Positions 47,849-51,853 of a stretch of 51,853 bases of DNA are shown here, piece after piece. The notes under the pieces are model-generated. The model was not told the DNA's origin. It ran no database searches and saw only the letters and a list, made by a program, of their open reading frames with translations. The stretch comes from a bacterium (GTDB lineage Bacteria > Hinthialibacterota > Hinthialibacteria > Hinthialibacterales > Hinthialibacteraceae): positions 1-51,853 of the forward strand of contig CAXXSM010000129.1 of the NCBI GenBank assembly GCA_963663405.2. Reading direction: 5' to 3'. Every line of letters starts with the position of its first letter. Position 1 is the stretch's first letter. Both the position numbers and the translations under genes were made by a program.

Positions 47849-50800
47849 TTCTCCTCGACTGACAGCCTCAAAATAAATCTGGTCCCTTTCCCAACCATAC
47901 TTTCTACGTCTATCGTTCCCTCATGCAACTCCACTAACTCTTTGGCGATTGAAAGACCCAATCCGCTGCCCTTGGCGAATTTCCGGGACGCGTTCGTGCG
48001 GTAAAACCGCTCCCAAATCTTCTCACATTCATCCGGTGTCATTCCGATTCCGGAATCCTGTATTGAAAGAACAATTTGATTGTGCTCTTTCCATAAAAGA
48101 ACTTCAACGCTTCCCCCTTCCGGCGTGTACTTGATTGCGTTGCTGATGAGTTCACCCACAACACGCTCCATTTTTCCGACATCGAGGTGGATCGGGCATT
48201 GCTCATTCAATCCATCGGATTTGATGGTGATATCGTTCAAATCCGCGGCGGTTTGGTTTTCATGAATCACATTGCGTACTAACGATTCAAAAAGGACTTC
48301 CGACTTCTCGAGCGCCATCCGGCCTGATTCGATACGGTTAATATCTAGAACATCGTTGACCAGGTGGCCGAGACGATTCACGGAGCGCAACGCGCGATCC
48401 ACGACTTTTTGCTGCCGTTCATTCAGACCACCGCCGACGCCGCGGATCAAATTGTCCAAGCTGCTTTTGATCGCGGTAAGCGGCGTGCGCAAGTCGTGCG
48501 AGGCTTGTGAAACAAAAGCAGATTTCAGTTGATCGAGTTCGCATAACTTTTCATTCGCTTGATGCAGTTGAATGTTGGATGTAACTACCGCACAGTGGCG
48601 GGAAACAGCCAAACAAGCAAAGAAAAGTATTAACAGCGTTCCCGTTCCCGCTAAAAACAGAAATGTCGGTTCTTGATACCACAATCGTGAAACGATGAAG
48701 TCCCACGAAGCGGGATCGGATTCATTCCAATTCCGATCCATCGCACGCACGTCGAAACGATGAGAACCCGCTGGGATGTTGGCATAGGTGGCAATCGTCT
48801 CTTCCTGAAATGGTGACCAGTTCCCATCATCGATTCGATGCGAATAAAGGAGACGGTGTTTTTCGGTAAATTTCCATTTATCCATGCCGGAATAAACGAA
48901 TTGCGCTTCACTATTTGCAGAGATTTCATGCACATTTTTATCTTTGGGAATAAATACGCGGGGCGGATCTTGATCCGCTTCGGGATAGTGGCGGCAGATG
49001 CCGTTGGACGTAGCAATCCAGATTTGTTTCTGGCGATCTTCGATGACATTCCAAACCATCGGTGACGACAATCCATCGTCCTTCGTCAAATGTACCCAGC
49101 TGCCTTTTGCAAAGCGAAACAATCCGTTGAATGCCGTCACCCACACGCTTCCATCCGAGGCCTGAATCATTTTTGTAACACGATCCAATCCCGACCGGAT
49201 CAATGTCCAGCGAGTACCGTCAAACGCGTGAACGCTTCTACGCCCACCCGCCCAAATCGTACCATCCTTTAATTCCAAATAATATATGGCGCCGTCATCG
49301 TTGTATCCATCTTCCGCATCAAAAATCTGCAGGGCGCCGTTTCGATAGCGTATCGGACCGAGAAACGACATATGACCAATCCACACATCTTTGTTTTTGG
49401 ATTGGAAAATGTCACGAATAATCGAGACGCGAGGAAGTTGCGGCTGCGAAAGAGAAAATAAGAATTGATAGGAATTCCCATCGAAAGTTCCGAGTTCATA
49501 CTTTTCTGTTTTCTTATCCTGCGCAATCACGAAAACCAACTGCTTGTCATTCGGAAAAATTCGTCTATAACTTCGTTCTGTATGTTCGATAAATTCATAT
49601 TCTTCAGTATGAGGATTGTAAAATAAAAAAGAAGATTGGTAAGTTCCGAATGCAATTCGACCATCATTGAAAACACAGACATTTTGGGGATTCAATGCAC
49701 CGAAATATCCATCTGCCGAGGCGGGAATAAAAGTCATCTCATTCTGATCATATTTATATAGCCCTTTCCAATTCCCAAACCAAATGGCTCCGTTCTGATC
49801 CTCAAAAAGATACATATATTGTTGTAGGGGAGAAGAAAAAGAAGTGGGCGTGCGCCACGCGGCCGGCATATAACGCGTGCTTCCGCCAAGTGACAAGGCA
49901 AGCCAAAAAACGCCGTGATCACCAATCATTATATCATACAACCGTCCACCCTTTGACAGCGCATTTTCGTTCGGAATTTCCTGGATTTGATCATTTTCGC
50001 ATAATAACAATTGATGAGGACTCGTTTCCAACCAAATTCGATCCAGCGAGTCGCGAAATCCGAGAACAATATCCCGATCCTCCAACTGAAATATCGTTTT
50101 CCATGTCTCCCCCTCCCAGCCCATCAGGATTCTACGTTGATCCGCCATCCGTTGCGCTGTCATATACAAACCGCTGTCAGGAACCACAATAAGTTGAGCC
50201 CCATCTTGCAATCCCATTTCTTTTGGAAATGGATATTCAAACCACTCCCACTGTTTCCGATCACGTTCCGCCCTGTTTAACTGCAATAATCCATTCACAG
50301 ATGGAATCCACAATGATCCATTATTCGCTCTCTGAATATCCTGATTGAATTTGATTAATTCCGTATCGGAGATAGATACAATCAATGCCGACGAATCCAA
50401 TTCGGGTCTATATTCCCAAATCGAATCATGCAAGACATAAATTATAGAATTGTTGTGAAGAGGTATAAAACTAAACCCCCTCCCAAACGGAGTATAATCT
50501 TGTTGTTCGCTTAAATTTTCACTCAGAAACAAGGGGGAATACTGACGCCATCGTTTTTCATTTTCTTCCCAATGCATAAAACCAACATCATTCTCGGATT
50601 CACTTCCATACAAACGGGTGGTTGCATAAACCGACCATAAACCGCCTTCCATATCCACATGTATTTTCGAATGCGGGCAAGGATTGGGGATGTGAGTAAT
50701 CTCATAACCATCCAAAACACTGGCATGTTCGACATCGCCGTGATTGATCAAAATCGTTCCGCCGGGCAATTGCGTAATGGCGCTCGACGGAGTTTCATCC

Positions 50801-50988
50801 ATGCCATCCTCGATTGACCAGGATCGCCAAATTGGTGGTTGCTGAGCGTCCAACATGCCAGCGATCAACACAACAAATCCCATGATGAATGACAATCGAA
50901 TCAGCACCCCAATGATCCTCCATTTCGAATGATATGAAATTCCCAATTTCTCAAAACTGGAATCGAGTTTTGTGAACGGCAGTTTCAA
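47845..50988 (-). CDS. Second sensor histidine kinase with beta-propeller + Y_Y_Y (tandem paralog)
   Basis: Same architecture; 'SHDLRTPLT', 'SNAIKYT', 'GSGLGLSIAKE'. The start may lie downstream of 50988. Confidence 0.9.
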   Translation of the reverse strand: MKLPFTKLDSSFEKLGISYHSKWRIIGVLIRLSFIMGFVVLIAGMLDAQQPPIWRSWSIEDGMDETPSSAITQLPGGTILINHGDVEHASVLDGYEITHIPNPCPHSKIHVDMEGGLWSVYATTRLYGSESENDVGFMHWEENEKRWRQYSPLFLSENLSEQQDYTPFGRGFSFIPLHNNSIIYVLHDSIWEYRPELDSSALIVSISDTELIKFNQDIQRANNGSLWIPSVNGLLQLNRAERDRKQWEWFEYPFPKEMGLQDGAQLIVVPDSGLYMTAQRMADQRRILMGWEGETWKTIFQLEDRDIVLGFRDSLDRIWLETSPHQLLLCENDQIQEIPNENALSKGGRLYDIMIGDHGVFWLALSLGGSTRYMPAAWRTPTSFSSPLQQYMYLFEDQNGAIWFGNWKGLYKYDQNEMTFIPASADGYFGALNPQNVCVFNDGRIAFGTYQSSFLFYNPHTEEYEFIEHTERSYRRIFPNDKQLVFVIAQDKKTEKYELGTFDGNSYQFLFSLSQPQLPRVSIIRDIFQSKNKDVWIGHMSFLGPIRYRNGALQIFDAEDGYNDDGAIYYLELKDGTIWAGGRRSVHAFDGTRWTLIRSGLDRVTKMIQASDGSVWVTAFNGLFRFAKGSWVHLTKDDGLSSPMVWNVIEDRQKQIWIATSNGICRHYPEADQDPPRVFIPKDKNVHEISANSEAQFVYSGMDKWKFTEKHRLLYSHRIDDGNWSPFQEETIATYANIPAGSHRFDVRAMDRNWNESDPASWDFIVSRLWYQEPTFLFLAGTGTLLILFFACLAVSRHCAVVTSNIQLHQANEKLCELDQLKSAFVSQASHDLRTPLTAIKSSLDNLIRGVGGGLNERQQKVVDRALRSVNRLGHLVNDVLDINRIESGRMALEKSEVLFESLVRNVIHENQTAADLNDITIKSDGLNEQCPIHLDVGKMERVVGELISNAIKYTPEGGSVEVLLWKEHNQIVLSIQDSGIGMTPDECEKIWERFYRTNASRKFAKGSGLGLSIAKELVELHEGTIDVESMVGKGTRFILRLSVEEK

Positions 50989-51045
50989 TACGAATGTTGC
51001 GTCTTTCCCTATTTCGCCTCCCGCAGTGATGTCCCATCATGCATT

Positions 51046-51258
51046 TCAACAAGTTTTTTTGCGATGGATAAATCCAAGCCACTCCCCCTTGCGAACGTCT
51101 TTAACACTTTCTTGCGCTAATAACGTTTCCAGATTTTGGAATATTCCTCCTTCGTCATCCCGATGCCAGAATATCCAAAAATAAGCCACTTTCTCCTCTT
51201 CAAATTCGAAAAATACGATACGTTTCTGATTATCCAATAAAACGGCGTTAATGTCCAT
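51046..51258 (-). CDS. Small hypothetical protein
   Basis: 70-aa ORF with plausible composition upstream of the kinases; no clear SD or motif. Confidence 0.3.
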   Translation of the reverse strand: MDINAVLLDNQKRIVFFEFEEEKVAYFWIFWHRDDEGGIFQNLETLLAQESVKDVRKGEWLGFIHRKKTC

Positions 51259-51510
51259 ATGGGGAGAGATGATGCTTGGACGGTTTTACATGCAGATGGC
51301 CTCTGTGGAAGGTCAATGAGGGATCATGGATGGAAAGACTTGATACAGATCAAGGAACACCAGCGATAACGTCCCACTGCTTCAACTCAAATCGAACCTT
51401 TCAATACACGTTCGAAATGCATCCCGATCACTATTTCTTGATTACGGTTGCGACAAAAATTTGACGTAGTCTTTTGGGGTAACCACTTATTCTCTTAATA
51501 AATGGGTAAT

Positions 51511-51853
51511 CAGGGCAATCGCATGAAAAAAGTCAATTATCCAGCTACAATTTTCTTGAAGTAATCATCATCCCATCCAGCCCGCAGACGTTTTGCTTTC
51601 ACACCTACTTTGGTAGTTTTTTCATTCTTAATAAGATTGAGCGCCAATCGTCGAAGGATCGAGAAATTTTCTGCGGCCTGACCTAATCGGATCCGACTTT
51701 CATCTTCTCGAAACGCAACATCTAAAACCCAATGAAGTGAGTTTTCGATCCCCCAATGATTGCGAACGGCTTGGGCAAATTGTTCGACATGACAATCTAA
51801 ACTGGATATATAAAATCGATAATCGTCGATTCTTCACCATTTCGTTTGCAAAT
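51511..51853 (-). mobile_element. 3' end of an ISAs1-family IS (transposase C-terminus 51537-51853, right IR)
   Basis: Not in the ORF track. Minus strand 'RFYISSL...AVRNHWGIENSLHWVLDVAFREDESRIR...ENFSILRRLALNLIK...KRLRAGWDDDY...*'. Terminal ATGCGATTGCCCTG at 51524-51511. Confidence 0.9.

Overview
Bacterial window of about 45-50% GC. The prepilin style, the dockerin-like tail and the W-x-x-Y C-terminal tail suggest a Ca. Hinthialibacterota (OLB16)/Sumerlaeota-like organism; this is an inference. From left to right: a 5'-truncated LamG+GH32 gene; a ~2,000-aa surface protein split into three ORFs by three single-base insertions; an IS1182-like relic; a prepilin-type gene; radical SAM plus iron-sulfur flavoprotein genes behind a structured leader; and a minus-strand sulfur/nitrogen redox operon. 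That operon encodes a small CxxC protein, ArsR, a HybA-like 4Fe-4S protein, a 1061-aa NrfD/HybB + cytochrome c3 + octaheme tetrathionate-reductase-family fusion with 13 CxxCH, and an SQR. Next is a mosaic region: a high-GC aminotransferase, two DUF364 genes separated by a lone attC-like site, and an ISL3 with an 8-bp TSD carrying a relic of a second ISL3. A split GH63/MGH1-like gene follows. Then comes a dedicated five-gene Hsp70 operon (large TPR-like protein, J-protein with PPD instead of HPD, GrpE, DnaK paralog, Zn-ribbon protein) that ends at a tRNA-Gln 3'-half att scar next to a prophage-like remnant. The rest holds two flavoproteins, two secreted glycan-related proteins, a tRNA-Gly 3'-half scar, a two-sensor-kinase/REC/REC-PP2C operon and the 3' end of an ISAs1 element. 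No CRISPR array, rRNA or complete tRNA was found. The best candidates for undescribed systems are the Hsp70/TPR operon and the NrfD-c3-OTR fusion/SQR operon. All family calls come from motif recognition by eye, without database searches.
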